The notes under the pieces were generated by a model that was given only the letters and a program-made list of their open reading frames with translations, made no database searches and was not told the DNA's origin. A stretch of 63,724 bases of DNA, the filler included, from Rhabdomonas costata (Eukaryota), in the NCBI GenBank assembly GCA_019059605.1. It is 47 parts of 47 records of this genome, joined end to end, with 100 filler letters (N's around TTAATTAATTAA, not from the genome) between each part and the next. Parts side by side here need not be neighbours in the genome. Positions count along the whole stretch, not along the records: positions 1 to 1,258 come from JAHMHO010021610.1; positions 1,359 to 2,617 come from JAHMHO010021611.1; positions 2,718 to 3,971 come from JAHMHO010021612.1; positions 4,072 to 5,330 come from JAHMHO010021613.1; positions 5,431 to 6,686 come from JAHMHO010021614.1; positions 6,787 to 8,045 come from JAHMHO010021615.1; positions 8,146 to 9,404 come from JAHMHO010021616.1; positions 9,505 to 10,763 come from JAHMHO010021617.1; 39 more parts are not named here. The stretch is one strand, 5' to 3'. A program made the translations under genes and the position numbers. Positions 1 through 12,642 of the stretch are shown in pieces. Numbering within the stretch: position 1 is the first letter of the stretch; each line of letters opens with the position of its first letter.

Positions 1-1258
1 TTGTGTGGGTCGGAGTGGGACGTTGCTTGCGCTTTCCCTTCAAGATGTTATTTGCTTCCGTGGATGGTTTTATTTCGCCACAGCCGAACAAGCAGACCTT
101 AATTGATCTCTCTCTCAAGGCTTTCCTGCTTGCCTCTTCAGAAACAGCGCCCTGGATAATGTCTGCGATCGCATAGCAGATGTGAAGTTGTGGACCTTTG
201 TTGCATTGGTGTGAGTCTGGTTTGCCCTCTGGTGACCGTGGGGATGCATAAACAGCTGGGGTGCGGATTTTGAGGCCGAAACGGCGCCTGTGGGGGTGAG
301 GCTGGAGGCCGCCATGCTGCTATCGGCCTCGAGGTCCCTCTTCACGCCCACCCGACATCGCCCCGCCCGGCGGACTCCTCGGCTGCTCACCTCCCTATCT
401 GTCGACCTTAGCACCGGCGGCAGCACCTGCCCCTCTCCGCTTCCCTCGGGTGGTGTGTGTGTGGGTGTGTATCCGTGCATGCGCGGTCTGTGCTTTAGTG
501 ACGGCGATGGGAAGGAAGGCGCGGCACTGTAATGTGGCTTTTCCGCTCAGCGCATGTCCCTGTGGGGGAATGTGTGTCTCTGCCCTGCTCCATCTCTCAT
601 CTTCCATGCTTTATCCAGTCATCCCGGAACCGATGTTTTCCTGTTCAAGTTGTTTTTTGTTGACGAGATTGTGTTTTTTCGTTGTACCCAAGCCAAAACG
701 CAGTCTTGCAAGTGTGTGTGTGTGTGAATGAAGTCGGTGATTTTTAGCACAACGTCACGCGATTGAACCCGGAACTCTGAATTATGAGCTGGAAGGCACT
801 AATTTTTCCGGAAGTCGGACCCTTCCCCTCGGTCACATCCAAGGTTCCCTGGGGTGCGGCCCTCTTCAGCCTGTGGCGCCTGTGGCGGCCGCTACGAAGA
901 GTCCTTCCTCTGTGCTGCGAAGGGTGGTGTTCGGCTCTCGCCGTAGCGTGGATCTTGGCCCGACCACTCCGACCAGTCTGGGTCCGTGCCTGAGCCTGGG
1001 CGCTCTTCCCAGGCACTTTTGAGGTTGCTGACCCTGCTTCTGTGTGGCGTCGACGATCCACGACCCAAACCTGCTTCCCTTATTATCCTAATCTTTTCAT
1101 TCTTAACGACTCTTAACCCCTCTTAAATCCATGAACTCCGTGAATTCTGTCCCCTTAAATCAATTATGGGGGGGGGGGGGCGAAACTGGATTCCTGACCC
1201 CTTATCTCTAAAATTAATTCATTTAGACTTTGTCGACACAGTCGCCTAACCCACCAAA

Positions 1259-1358
1259 NNNNNNNNNNNNNNNNNNNNNNNNNNNNNNNNNNNNNNNNNN
1301 NNTTAATTAATTAANNNNNNNNNNNNNNNNNNNNNNNNNNNNNNNNNNNNNNNNNNNN
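1259..1358. other. Artificial contig spacer (first of 46): N-run + TTAATTAATTAA + N-run, 100 nt
   Basis: The same spacer recurs about every 1358 nt (1259, 2618, 3972, 5331 ... 62368). TTAATTAATTAA places stop codons in all six frames. Confidence 0.99.
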
Positions 1359-2256
1359 GGGTGGGTGGGTTGTTTGAAAAGACTACGCCATTGGTTCAAT
1401 TATGGAACCTCTAATTGTTAACATGTAAAAAATGCTCAAAATTCCAAGTTTATACTTTGCCTTGCTGTCTCCTTCGGGTCGTATTTGCCCCCACCTTTGA
1501 TAAAGTGGTCAATGCCCTCTGACTTGATGAGGGTCCGCCCAGGCTTCTGCTACTGGGATGGGTACCCTCAGGTCGTCGACCAGCTGTGGACATGTGCAGC
1601 TGAGTGCAGCCTGGAGCTGGGGGCATCACTGGGGGGATGCCTTGTGATGCCCTTTTTATCGTCCTTTCTTCGAGTGAACCCTGACCAGTGGTCCCTGCCA
1701 ATGCTCAAAGGTAAGAAATGGACGTACCGTACTGTTGTCTTCTCGCAATATCCTTTGGTTTTGTTGTGTAGGCTTTCAGAGCTCTCGGGGTGCCGCCTGT
1801 TTGGTCATGGCGTGCCTCACATGATTCAGATTCATTAGCAATTATCAAGCGAGAGCCTTGGTCCAACCGTCGCAAGCACAGGTGCACAGTAACGCAGAGA
1901 TTTCCCTGTCTTGACTTTTCCGGTCTCTCTCTAGTTGTCTTGTTGGGGGTTTCTGTGGCTGCTTTTTTGACCATTTCGCTGTGCAGCGCTTCGGGTGATG
2001 GTGGAGGCCAGCGGCCATCTCCAGCGGCAAGCACCATGGTTAGTGTGTGTGTGTGTGTGTGTGTGTATGCTTGTGTGAATACGAACGAAGAAACGATTTG
2101 GGTGGGAGAATAGCACTGGGGCGAGATGTTGGAACCACAGGTAGGGCATATTCGACAACGCTATTATAGTTTCCCTGATTCCTGGCTCCTGGCTCCTGGC
2201 TCATTTCCTTCTGTTGGCATCTCTCACGAGCATGCGCTCGTCTGGCGGGCAGGCAG

Positions 2257-2457
2257 AGGCTTAGGCTTGCGGTGCTACGACATCTGCTTGAGCTGCTCAG
2301 CAGCCGGGATTTCTCCCTGGGCACCGCACGGCGTATCTCTGCTGTGCTGAAGCTCGGGGTTGTCTGCGCCACCACCGCAGGCCCCACGCACAGCAAGGCC
2401 TTTTTACCCCATTTTGTGGTTGGCCTGCAGAGGGCGCTGGCCCTGCCCCACCCGAAG
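2257..2457 (+). CDS. Internal exon of an unknown, probably helical protein
   Basis: AG acceptor before 2257 and GTGAGA donor after 2457; 67 open codons RLRLAVLRHLLELLSSRDFS...LQRALALPHPK. A further candidate exon ends at 1710 (GTAAGA). Confidence 0.4.
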
Positions 2458-2717
2458 GTGAGACATCATCCCCTGCGCGTATTGCATCACTGCATGCTGC
2501 GGTAGCGATAGCGCTGCGGAGATTGAGTTCTCAGTTCTCTTCGAGGTTTTTAGGCACTCCCACCGATATTTGCATCGACACTCCTACCCGAAGCGAAAGT
2601 TCTCCGAACCAAACAAANNNNNNNNNNNNNNNNNNNNNNNNNNNNNNNNNNNNNNNNNNNNTTAATTAATTAANNNNNNNNNNNNNNNNNNNNNNNNNNN
2701 NNNNNNNNNNNNNNNNN

Positions 2718-3239
<522 letters not shown>

Positions 3240-3266
3240 AAGACCTCAAACCTGCTTGCTTCACAG

Positions 3267-3415
3267 GGGATTATGGGGACGTGCCCAACGATGCGAACTT
3301 CTGCATCAACGGAGTGGTGTTTCCGGACCGTACCCCTCATCCTGCGATGAACGACATCAAGGTTCTGCAAAGTCCTGTCGCCGTGGAGTACGACGCAGAA
3401 TCCCACAGGTTCATC
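3267..3415 (+). CDS. lacZ-like: Exon of a GH2 LacZ-type beta-galactosidase
   Basis: cttgcttcacag acceptor, then GDYGDVPNDANFCINGVVFPDRTPHPAMNDIK, matching the LacZ motif [28 protein letters not shown]. The donor follows either 3408 or 3415. Confidence 0.9.
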
Positions 3416-5440
3416 GTGCCCCCTCCAAATATTCTGTACTTCATCCATTTCCAGCCCTTATGCCTTCAGCTGCATCCTTTGCGGTTTCATTTGATGCTCG
3501 TGAACACTTGGATGCTTGGAGCCCACAGCTGGGGTTTGGTGTTATTCTTCCCTTCCGTTCGGTTATTGTGTATGCTTATGTAAATGCGCTGGCATTTGCA
3601 TGTTGCTGTTGAGTGAGTTCTTCCCGCCAAAAAAGAATAAGTGACAACTACTTTTGTTACTCTTTACTTTTACTGTTATCATGGCCCCAGAGTATGATAT
3701 TGGAAATATCGCTGGGGACATCAGGATTTCACCCACTTGTGATGCAAGGGTTTTGTGACAAAAAGAGAAATACCTTTAGACAGGTTTTTGGGAAAGAAAA
3801 CAGTTCCCCCGATGTGATCACCAATATGGTTAGCTACATATACAAAGTGAGGTCACAGTCAACTTTTGCAATTGTTGACCTCAAGGGGCATACGTGTGGA
3901 CAGGATGAAAGGTCGAAAAACCAGGGTTGAAGGGCAGCGCAGGGTAACATGAGGCATTTCAACTGGATTTTNNNNNNNNNNNNNNNNNNNNNNNNNNNNN
4001 NNNNNNNNNNNNNNNTTAATTAATTAANNNNNNNNNNNNNNNNNNNNNNNNNNNNNNNNNNNNNNNNNNNNGTTGGTTGGGCTTAGCGCGGGTGCCTCTA
4101 TACCGACTCGTAATGCGGATGGTTCCCCGCTACGCCCAACCAATCCTTCATGCCTCTGGGAGAAATCGCGGGTACCAGTCCCAGGGGTAGTTCGATAGGG
4201 CATAGATGCAAAGATGAAGCCCGCGGTACGAGTATGTGCGCGCGGAGCCAGCCAAGGGCGACATGGTGATAGGAGTGGTGATGGCCACCCTTGACATCCG
4301 AGCAAAAGGCCCTTGAATGTACTGAAATGGAATTATACGAAGGTTTGCTTCTTATTTTTGATCCGCTTCTGTCGCCATTATTAAATCCAATATTAGCCAC
4401 AAGTGCGCCAGACTTCTCCACCAATCATCGTCTATTTTTGGACTCTTAGATGCAACTCTTTATTTTTTATGTTTTTTTTGGTTTGGTTGTTACAAAGCAT
4501 TTCATTTCATAGCCGTGTTTTTTCAATTCTGTTTCGGGGTATCGGGCATTTTATCGCTGAATTTGTTTGTTTGTCTTAACTTTGGGCACCTTCGTACGGC
4601 AAGGCGCGTCATTTTATAGAGGAAGGCAAACGCAGAGCACGGCTTTATTGGACGGGAGGCTCGGGAATTGCATTCGGAAAGAATGGTCATCTTTCCGCGG
4701 GTACCCCAGACCGCAGCGGGGCCGCGCAAATCCGTCCTGCTGCCTGTATAGGCCGTCTGTGTGTGTGCGTGCGTCCCGGTGGGTCATGTGTTTGTTTGAT
4801 TGCTTCAGTTTTCTCCCGAAACCGGTGCGTTTGCCCTGCAGTTGTGTTTAAGAGAGGGTTGACATTGTGTTTGTGTTGTTACACCAGGAGGAACACTCGA
4901 TCGCAGTCCGCTGTCCGAATCCGTTGCGCACAGCAATCGCGCCATGGAGAAGGCAGAAGCACAGCACTGTAAGGCACCTTTATCTTTCAAGCAGATCCCA
5001 TGTCCATATTTCTGCCCCGCAAATCGCCTTCAGCACTCGGTATATATATATCCTCGGTTGCGGGTTTTTGGTGTGGAAGCAAGCCCCGCGTGTACAGGTG
5101 TTCACGGAAATGGGATGCAGATGGTTAGGCGTCCTCATCAGTAAAAAAAATGAGCGAAAAAAAGCTGCAGTGAGTTAAAAGCAGCAATTTCAGTAATATG
5201 CAAATGCTGTCATTCCACCTCATGAAGACCTCAGCACCCCAAAACACCAAGGGGAGCCAAATGTGGTTCTACTAAATCACTCAGTGACGCATGCCTATCA
5301 TAGCGTCCCAGGAGCTTGGCCCACCCCACCNNNNNNNNNNNNNNNNNNNNNNNNNNNNNNNNNNNNNNNNNNNNTTAATTAATTAANNNNNNNNNNNNNN
5401 NNNNNNNNNNNNNNNNNNNNNNNNNNNNNNGTGTGTGTTT

Positions 5441-6210
5441 GTTCTTGCGGATCACCACAATGTGGTTGTGCAGGTTGGGGTTGTACAGGTGGAACTCTAC
5501 CACGCACAACACCCTCATCACATTCTCCATCCAAGCCCACTCAAACCCACTCTCATTGGCGAATGCCCCAATAAATCCCATCTCATCCAATGGGAACGCC
5601 CACCCTGAGAAATGGGCGTAACGCTGAACAGAGAGCACAGAGGCCCGGCCGCCAGCACCTTATCCCCACATCATTCCGACGCCAGACGGTCACACCGCTC
5701 CTTACTCAACTGGGTAACCGTATATATGCATCACAAGCTAGCGCATCTGTGTGCGCGACGAGACGTTGCAGACAGGTTGTGATGGCCAGTTGCTTACGAA
5801 TACAAACCCAGCAACCCGACCAGCATGGGGGTGCATTGCGAGATTGTTGGGAAGTCGGTGGAGGAGGTCAGGCCTCGAGTAGAACCACATGACAGCCACG
5901 GGGAAGCCGACAAGCCACAAAGGAGAAGTACAAGTCGCGGCCGAGGCGGAGTGTGGGGGAGGGGGACCGAAGCACACCATCCTGGTCCGGGGCGGCGACG
6001 CGGCAGTCGTTGAAGAGGTACTTCCACATCGCCACACACTGCGGCACCTTCCCGCCCTCAGGGGGCTCCGTGCCGTCCAGCAGCCTCTGCCGGAAGTCCA
6101 GGATCCCTGTCAGCATCCGCGCCCCAGCCAGGGCCTGGATCCCCAGCTCCTTCACTCGCACATCCGAGGTGCGCAGGGGCAGCCCGGGGTCCTCCGCGAA
6201 CAGGAAGTAG
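5441..6210 (-). CDS. Choline/carnitine O-acyltransferase family, two exons (6210-5978; 5496 to about 5441)
   Basis: Splicing GTGTGC...GTAG gives ...LTGILDFRQRLLDGTEPPEGGKVPQCVAMWKYLFNDCRVAAPDQD|EFHLYNPNLHNHIVVIRKN, matching the family pattern P-x-C...LF-x-x-CR-x-P...D...HIVV. Confidence 0.8.
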
Positions 6211-6786
6211 CTGCACCCATACCAACCCACCACACACATCCACACACACACACTTCACATGTCAACATCCCCCGAACCAAGCACGGAGCGGACACGATAC
6301 AAGGCAGCTGTGATGAAGCAGAAGAGCCAGGTTGGTTGGTTGGTTGGGACAGACGACTTCGCTCTCGCCCAAGCTGAGAACGTTCCCGAGTTCCAATGCA
6401 AACGGTTTGAGAAGCGCAGAATTGTCGCAAGTGATCAAACCGCGAGTGCTTGAACACATATGTCAGCTCTCACTGTGCTCTTGCCTAAACTGAAGGCCAG
6501 GGTGGCAGGAGTCAGCATGAGCCGAGGCTCCTACAACAAGCCGAGAGTTTGCGAGAAGTTTTTGAATGGGCGATGACGCGCTCGCCAAAACGAGAAGCAC
6601 ACAGAGGACGAGATCATGATGAAAAGCGTCAGTGGTGACATTTTGACACAGCTCGAGCACGCACACACTAGTCACACCCCCCACACNNNNNNNNNNNNNN
6701 NNNNNNNNNNNNNNNNNNNNNNNNNNNNNNTTAATTAATTAANNNNNNNNNNNNNNNNNNNNNNNNNNNNNNNNNNNNNNNNNNNN

Positions 6787-8045
6787 TGCTGTTGGTAGTG
6801 ATTCCCTCTTGTCGGATTTCTCACCTGTGCCGGCAACCGCACGCTATGCAAAACAATAGATCGGCTTCACACAGGATGGCGGACACACTGAGTCGCCCAA
6901 GCTTGCATCCTACTGTTTTCGGTGTCACAATGTCAGATCATGCGCTAGTGCATTTATGGACACACATATCAAGTGCATTTACGGACCCCCACCAGGTAGT
7001 TTGAGCTGTGAAGTTTTGTTTTTGGTCCCCTTTCTGAGTTTGAATGTTGTAAGGAGGTGATGAACGTGTTCCATTGGATTCTAGTATAGGAAATTGAGAT
7101 GCATCGTTGCCTGGATTAAAATAGAAGCGTTTTTGGGGTGGGAGACGTAGCACTGGAGTATGAAGGGCCATGGGACGAAGTTCAATTCGGTTGTCGCGAT
7201 TTTCAAAGATATCCAAGTTGCTAGGCAAAGCCGTGATGATCATCAAAGCACCTGATCGGCAGCGCCGGTTGGAAACGGATTGCAAGCCAATCGGCCTAAA
7301 CAAGTCCATTGCGCGAAACTTGGAAGCCGCGCGCACGTTGCAGCAACACTTTCCGCTGGATGAACTAGTGCCGCGCCGCTTTTGAAGCCCCTTTGTGTGC
7401 ATTCCGCGCCTCCCGGAAATTTGAAATGGTTTGTTTTTAAAATCTGACCATTAAGCCGCTTGTAAACTCCCTTTTATCACAACGGAAGGAGGAAAACATG
7501 ATCAAAGCATGTCCCGCACTTCCAGCACGATGATCTGTGTGTCGGGCAAAGATGCGATACAGCGGCTAGCTCGACCTATCCGGTGCGTTCCGTCCACACC
7601 AACTTCAAAGTCACAAAAATGCGCCTGAATTTTCTTTTCATGAATGATCGAGCAGGTCGCTCACCTGAACAGTAACAAAATAGTGCAAACCGATCCATGT
7701 GTATCAATTCCGCACTACGACGTGGTACTGTTTATCTGTTGGAGTGTTAGTTGTCTGACACCCATATGAAGAGAATGTGTTATAAAAACCAGTACAAATT
7801 TGCCAATTCTGGCTGTACTTCAAGCAAACTAGGCACACCAATGACAGAGTGATGTGCACACAAGGAATGGTACCGTTTGATGCCGCTTCTGACCTAAGCG
7901 GTGCAAGCACGTGCTCCACAAGCTGTACAAGCACCGTTGCCATTTGCTGCACGCTTACGGCAGGTTGTCAATCGGGTGTGGTGGCTGATCAAGGACGGAT
8001 CACTCAGAGACTGTGATGTGACGCTGGTACTTTGGCAACTTGCTC
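6787..8045 (-). mobile_element. Possible heavily decayed DNA transposon (MULE/Mutator-like transposase)
   Basis: No exon-like structure and many stops or frameshifts. Fragments HFCDFEVGVDGTHRIG (about 7620-7575) and GFKSGAALVHPAESVAATC (about 7390-7330) resemble the D-G-T-[HY] and A-x-x-x-V-x-P...C motifs of MULE transposases. The match is weak. Confidence 0.3.
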
Positions 8046-8145
8046 NNNNNNNNNNNNNNNNNNNNNNNNNNNNNNNNNNNNNNNNNNNNTTAATTAATTA
8101 ANNNNNNNNNNNNNNNNNNNNNNNNNNNNNNNNNNNNNNNNNNNN

Positions 8146-8320
8146 GTGGTTGTTCTAAATGACATGAAACTAAACTCAAGTCACTCCAAGCATTCATTCC
8201 AATCCTACTGACAAACAACACACGCTATTTCCATGGGATATTTCTCGTTGATTCTCAGTAGGATTGGAATGAATGCTTGGAGTGACTTGAGTTTAGTTTC
8301 ATGTCATTTAGAAAAACCAC
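8146..8320. other. Contig-terminal inverted repeat (fold-back chimera), arms about 65 bp
   Basis: 8146-8211 is the near-perfect reverse complement of about 8255-8320 and starts at the first base of the contig. Confidence 0.85.
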
Positions 8321-9404
8321 TCGGCGCACAGAGATTAAATGAATCTTGCTCTGTTTATGGAGCTTCAATTTTTTCGAAGTCAGAGTTATCACTTGTGACT
8401 GCTTTTCCGATCTGCAAAGCGGCATTGTCTGTTGAACCAATCCTGTAAGTGCTTGCTAGATGTTGCAGCATTGTGGTAGTCAGTTTCATGATTTGCTAGG
8501 GTGTTTTCTTGCTTGTGGAATTTGAAGTGCATCTCCTCAGCATCCCAATATGGAGTGGCATCTGGAGTAGGTTAGAAGTCTGAAGATCGTTTGAACTAGA
8601 GAGAGCTGGTGCTTTTGTGTTACCATAGCTACTTTGGTGTTGTTTTTGACACTAAGCTTTAGAGAGCTGCGCCAATGTGCACTTATCGGGTCCAGCGAAG
8701 AAGAGCTCTTCACAAAAGTTGTCGTACACGAGCATAAATGCCGCCAAATGATCCTCGATATTTTTGATATTGATCAAATTGTATTCGAAGTAGCCTCACG
8801 CGAAGCATCCATATCAAACGTGATCAAATATCTTGTTTGTCCGTGGAAGATGTTTCTTGTCCACCAAGATTATCTTATTAATGGGTTGATATACTAATAG
8901 TTATGCAATTCGTAAAGCTCACGATGTAACTCGGCATTTTTGCTGGGGTTCTATCTGTACACGCGCGGAGCCGTGATGCAAAACGTCTCCTGGATGTCAG
9001 TGATGTGATTGGTAGGACAATCTGGTGGTAACCCTGAGGGCATCTTCTTAGAAAACGTTTGTTATTCTTCTTTTATTTTCTTGATTAGGTCCAGAACAAC
9101 GCCTTTGAGTGCATACAGCTTCCTGTGCTTCACAATCTTTATTTTTGGGTTTGCGGCGAGTAGAGCACTCATGTACAGGTTTTACATTTTCCAGAATGTG
9201 TAAGACATGCATTGGTGAGCGGTTTCTTCATTGATATGGTTGGTATAACCGCTGATGACTTAAGTGCTTGCTGAGCAATAACAAAAGGCGGAGCATATGC
9301 CTTGCTTTCAAGAAATGTTAGCTTACATATTGTCTGTAGAAAGGTCAAACTGCGCACGCGTTTAGTAAAAGCATTCTCATATTCATGAGAGGCAAAAATT
9401 GATG
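8321..9404 (-). mobile_element. Decayed Ty3/Gypsy LTR retrotransposon pol (pre-RT and RT remnants)
   Basis: Minus strand reads MPSGLPPDCPTNHITDIQ...PRVYR*NPSKNAELHRELYELHNY*YINP (about 9045-8883), then DKKHLPRTNKIFDH and IEDHLAAFMLVYDNFCEELFFAGPDKC. These match, in order, the Gypsy motifs GLPP-x-R-x-x-x-H-x-I...YR...E...GYI-x-P, PLPRI-x-x-x-x-D and H-x-x-HL...KC. Stops and deletions are present. Confidence 0.8.
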
Positions 9405-9508
9405 NNNNNNNNNNNNNNNNNNNNNNNNNNNNNNNNNNNNNNNNNNNNTTAATTAATTAANNNNNNNNNNNNNNNNNNNNNNNNNNNNNNNNNNNNNNNN
9501 NNNNGGTT

Positions 9509-9722
9509 CATCGCCTCCTAACCCCCTTCACAAGCTTCTATTACAATCCCATGGGATGAGTGCATCGCTTCCCAACCCCCGCAAAAGCTTCTAGTGCAAT
9601 TCCATGGGACACGTGCATTCCCTCCTAACCCCCTGCATAATTTCTATTGCAATCCCAGGGGATACGTGCATCGCCACCTAACTCCCTGCAATGTCGGAAT
9701 GCCAAGGGACACGTGTATTGCA
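9509..9722. repeat. Degenerate 53-54 bp minisatellite, 4 copies, probably intronic
   Basis: Units start at 9509, 9563, 9616 and 9669, each CAT(C/T)...CCYAACYCCC...CAAT..CA.GGGA.ACGTG. Confidence 0.85.
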
Positions 9723-9921
9723 TTCAAGTGGACTTGGGGGAAATTATTTCTCCTTGGGGGTTTCAAATAGCCAGACACGCGCACACCATCCTCACAAACC
9801 TGAAGTAGAAAGGTATTTCGCCTTTCCATTCATGCGTCCGTGTTAGAGTTCTATTTGTAATCCTGAGGTGAGAAGAAACAAACATACAGGGTGGGACCCC
9901 CATTTTTTCTCGACTTTGTAG

Positions 9922-10423
9922 ATCGGTTGTGGACCGGTGGGAGGTGACCCAGGACCGCGAGTCCTTCGCCTGTGCCCGGCAGCTCATCAAGGAGGAGGGC
10001 CTGCTGGTAGGTGGCAGCAGTGGGTCGGCCCTGGCCGGCGCCCTTCGGGTCTGTCTTCTTCGTCTCTTTTTTCTCCGTTTTTGTGCCCACCGGTCAAACC
10101 AAACATCTTGCCTTTGCGCGCCTCCAGGCGCATGCCAAGAGAAGGTGGTTTCCCGAAATGACTAGTTTGTGGGAGTCGTTATAGTTATATTCGTTTCATC
10201 ATTGTTGTTCTTCGGTTCATTGGTTTCGTGCCCCCTGCCCCCCCCCCTGCAGTCTCCAAAGTTGGCAACAGGGGAAAAGCGGCAACTAGCTTCAGACACC
10301 GTAGCACACCGCACATTCACCACGCTCACTACCGTCATGTCCTCCCTTCCCTTTTCGGGCGGTTGCCTCTGTCAGGCGGCGAAGAGCCTGAAGAAGGGCC
10401 AGCGGTGCGTGGTTATCCTGGCG

Positions 10424-10454
<31 letters not shown>

Positions 10455-10482
10455 TCAGCGACGAGTGGATGCTTGCCCACAA
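9922..10482 (+). CDS. CBS: Cystathionine beta-synthase, two exons (9922-10048; 10376-10482)
   Basis: GT-AG intron 10049-10375. The spliced peptide [73 protein letters not shown] carries the CBS-type ending DS-x-RNY-x-TKF-x-SD-x-WM. Confidence 0.93.
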
Positions 10483-12579
10483 GTCTGTTCATCTCTCGAA
10501 TCCCCTTCCCCCTCCCTCCCCTGCCTTGCTAGACTTTTTCATATCCTTCCATGAAAGCGCCCATAATACCTTTGGAAGGCTTCGCAACTCTTTCCACACA
10601 TGAGGTTGGTGGTTGTAGGCAGTTGATATGGGGAGGGCTTCGCCTTCGTTTTGTCTTGCACTCGAAGGGTGTCTCCCTAAACAGGCATATCCGTGGTTGT
10701 GTTCCTGTATTGTCACCTGCAACCAGTCCGGTGCTCCCTCACAATTCATTCCTCAAACCAACCNNNNNNNNNNNNNNNNNNNNNNNNNNNNNNNNNNNNN
10801 NNNNNNNTTAATTAATTAANNNNNNNNNNNNNNNNNNNNNNNNNNNNNNNNNNNNNNNNNNNNGTTGGTGGGTTTCTTCTCTCGCCCACACTTCCTCATC
10901 CAACCTCGTTCACAAGTTGTCAAGGTCTAATGTAAAGGTCAAGGTCACTCCAGCTTCACCTCATCAGGAAGACGCTCATTGACCATTTCGTGTCGATGGC
11001 TCGACACATACCTGCCTGTTGCCGAGAGAAGAAACCCACGAACTGCACCACCAGTGCAGAGTACACACACGCAAGCCAACCAATGAATAAAACTAACCTT
11101 TTGCATTATGCAGCACACCAGGGATACGTCGAAAGGGTAAACGATGAACAAGGGCGAGCAGCGAGGTGAGGATAGCCATCATGAGCATGGCGCTGCCTCG
11201 GAATGTGCCTACCCCTCTATGCCTTCGCCGGCACACGCCACATTTCTCATTGCAGTGAGGTTGGCGTTGGGAAGCGGCGGGGCAGGGGGAGGGCTTTGCT
11301 GCACAGGAAGAAGGGTATCGTTAAGGCGCCTTTCTTTTCGGAACAAACTTACCTCTGGTGCAGAGACTTGCACGGAAAATGACCCCTCAGAGATGAAAAC
11401 GACGGGAGCGGAGAAGGAGAGGACAACCCCCTCCCCCCAAGCGCCCCCAAGCGGAGGAAGCCATAGAGGAGGAGGGGGAGGGGTGAGAAAGGAGAAAAAC
11501 ATGAGGCAAGACAATACACCACAAGGCACAAGCACAAGCACGTTGGTCTGGGCAGCATCCCTATGCTGACCAAAACGCTCGAAAACGCATCGAAGAACAA
11601 AACGTCACCCGAAAGCGAACAAATGCAAAGCAAGTACAAATTTAGGATACACTCACTCCTCGCGCTGGCCAAACCTGCAATCTGCCCGACACGTCACTGC
11701 TCACACCATGAAAAGAAACATGTGAAACCTTATCTGGATATGGAATCCCATGCATTCGGCAGGATCTCATTCTGACTGCAGAGGTTAACGGGGCCAAGGG
11801 ATTTTCAATGTTCGTCTTTTCCTATTTTCAATTCGTTTCCGGTCCTTTTTGCCTCGGCCTGAGTGTTTGGAGACACACAGCCCAAACCTCGAAGTCACAT
11901 CCCCACGAAAGAAAATGGAAAGCGCATCGAAAAAACAAACCATCTCCTGAATGCAAAGCTAGAACAAAACGCAAGCACAAAGGCAACGCGATCCTGACCT
12001 CCTCCGTTCGTTCTGACTTCCCTTTCCATCCCCCCAATGCGTCATTGTTCATGCCGTGAAGTAAAAATCATACAAACATATATCACGGAAAAAACCAAAC
12101 TACAACAACTCTACACCCACAANNNNNNNNNNNNNNNNNNNNNNNNNNNNNNNNNNNNNNNNNNNNTTAATTAATTAANNNNNNNNNNNNNNNNNNNNNN
12201 NNNNNNNNNNNNNNNNNNNNNNGGTGTGGGTGTTCAGCAGCCTTATCCTTACTATGCTTTCGCCAAATGGCCGCTCTGCCGACAACCTACCTACCTTGGG
12301 TTTCCCCAGCGTAACTTTGTTGTGACCAGTACGGCTTCGACTTGCGTCCGACGGGCGGGGGAACCTAAGGTCTCCCTTGGAAAGGCTTGTCCCATGCGAG
12401 CAGCACTGACGCGGCAACGGTGCAAGCACAGCGGCGTTCACAACCACGAACGCAACAGTTACAATCCCAACACTCTACCACCCTTTGGGTTTGCGCCGGC
12501 TTTCGCCCCTTTCGTTAACGGCGCGCACTTGAGAATACGGCGGATCGGCATCCCACTGATCGCCGGAGTTCCCACTGAT

Positions 12580-12592
12580 TCTCTCTCTCTCT

Positions 12593-12640
<48 letters not shown>
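12580..12640. repeat. Compound self-complementary microsatellite (CT)n(CG)n(AG)n
   Basis: Visible directly; the CT arm is complementary to the AG arm around a CG core. Confidence 0.95.

Positions 12641-12642
<2 letters not shown>

Noticed and set aside
4225-4315. RYEYVRAEPAKGDMVIGVV as an exosome Rrp4/Rrp40 S1 motif
   Set aside because: The match is short, there are no convincing splice sites, and a stop follows soon after.
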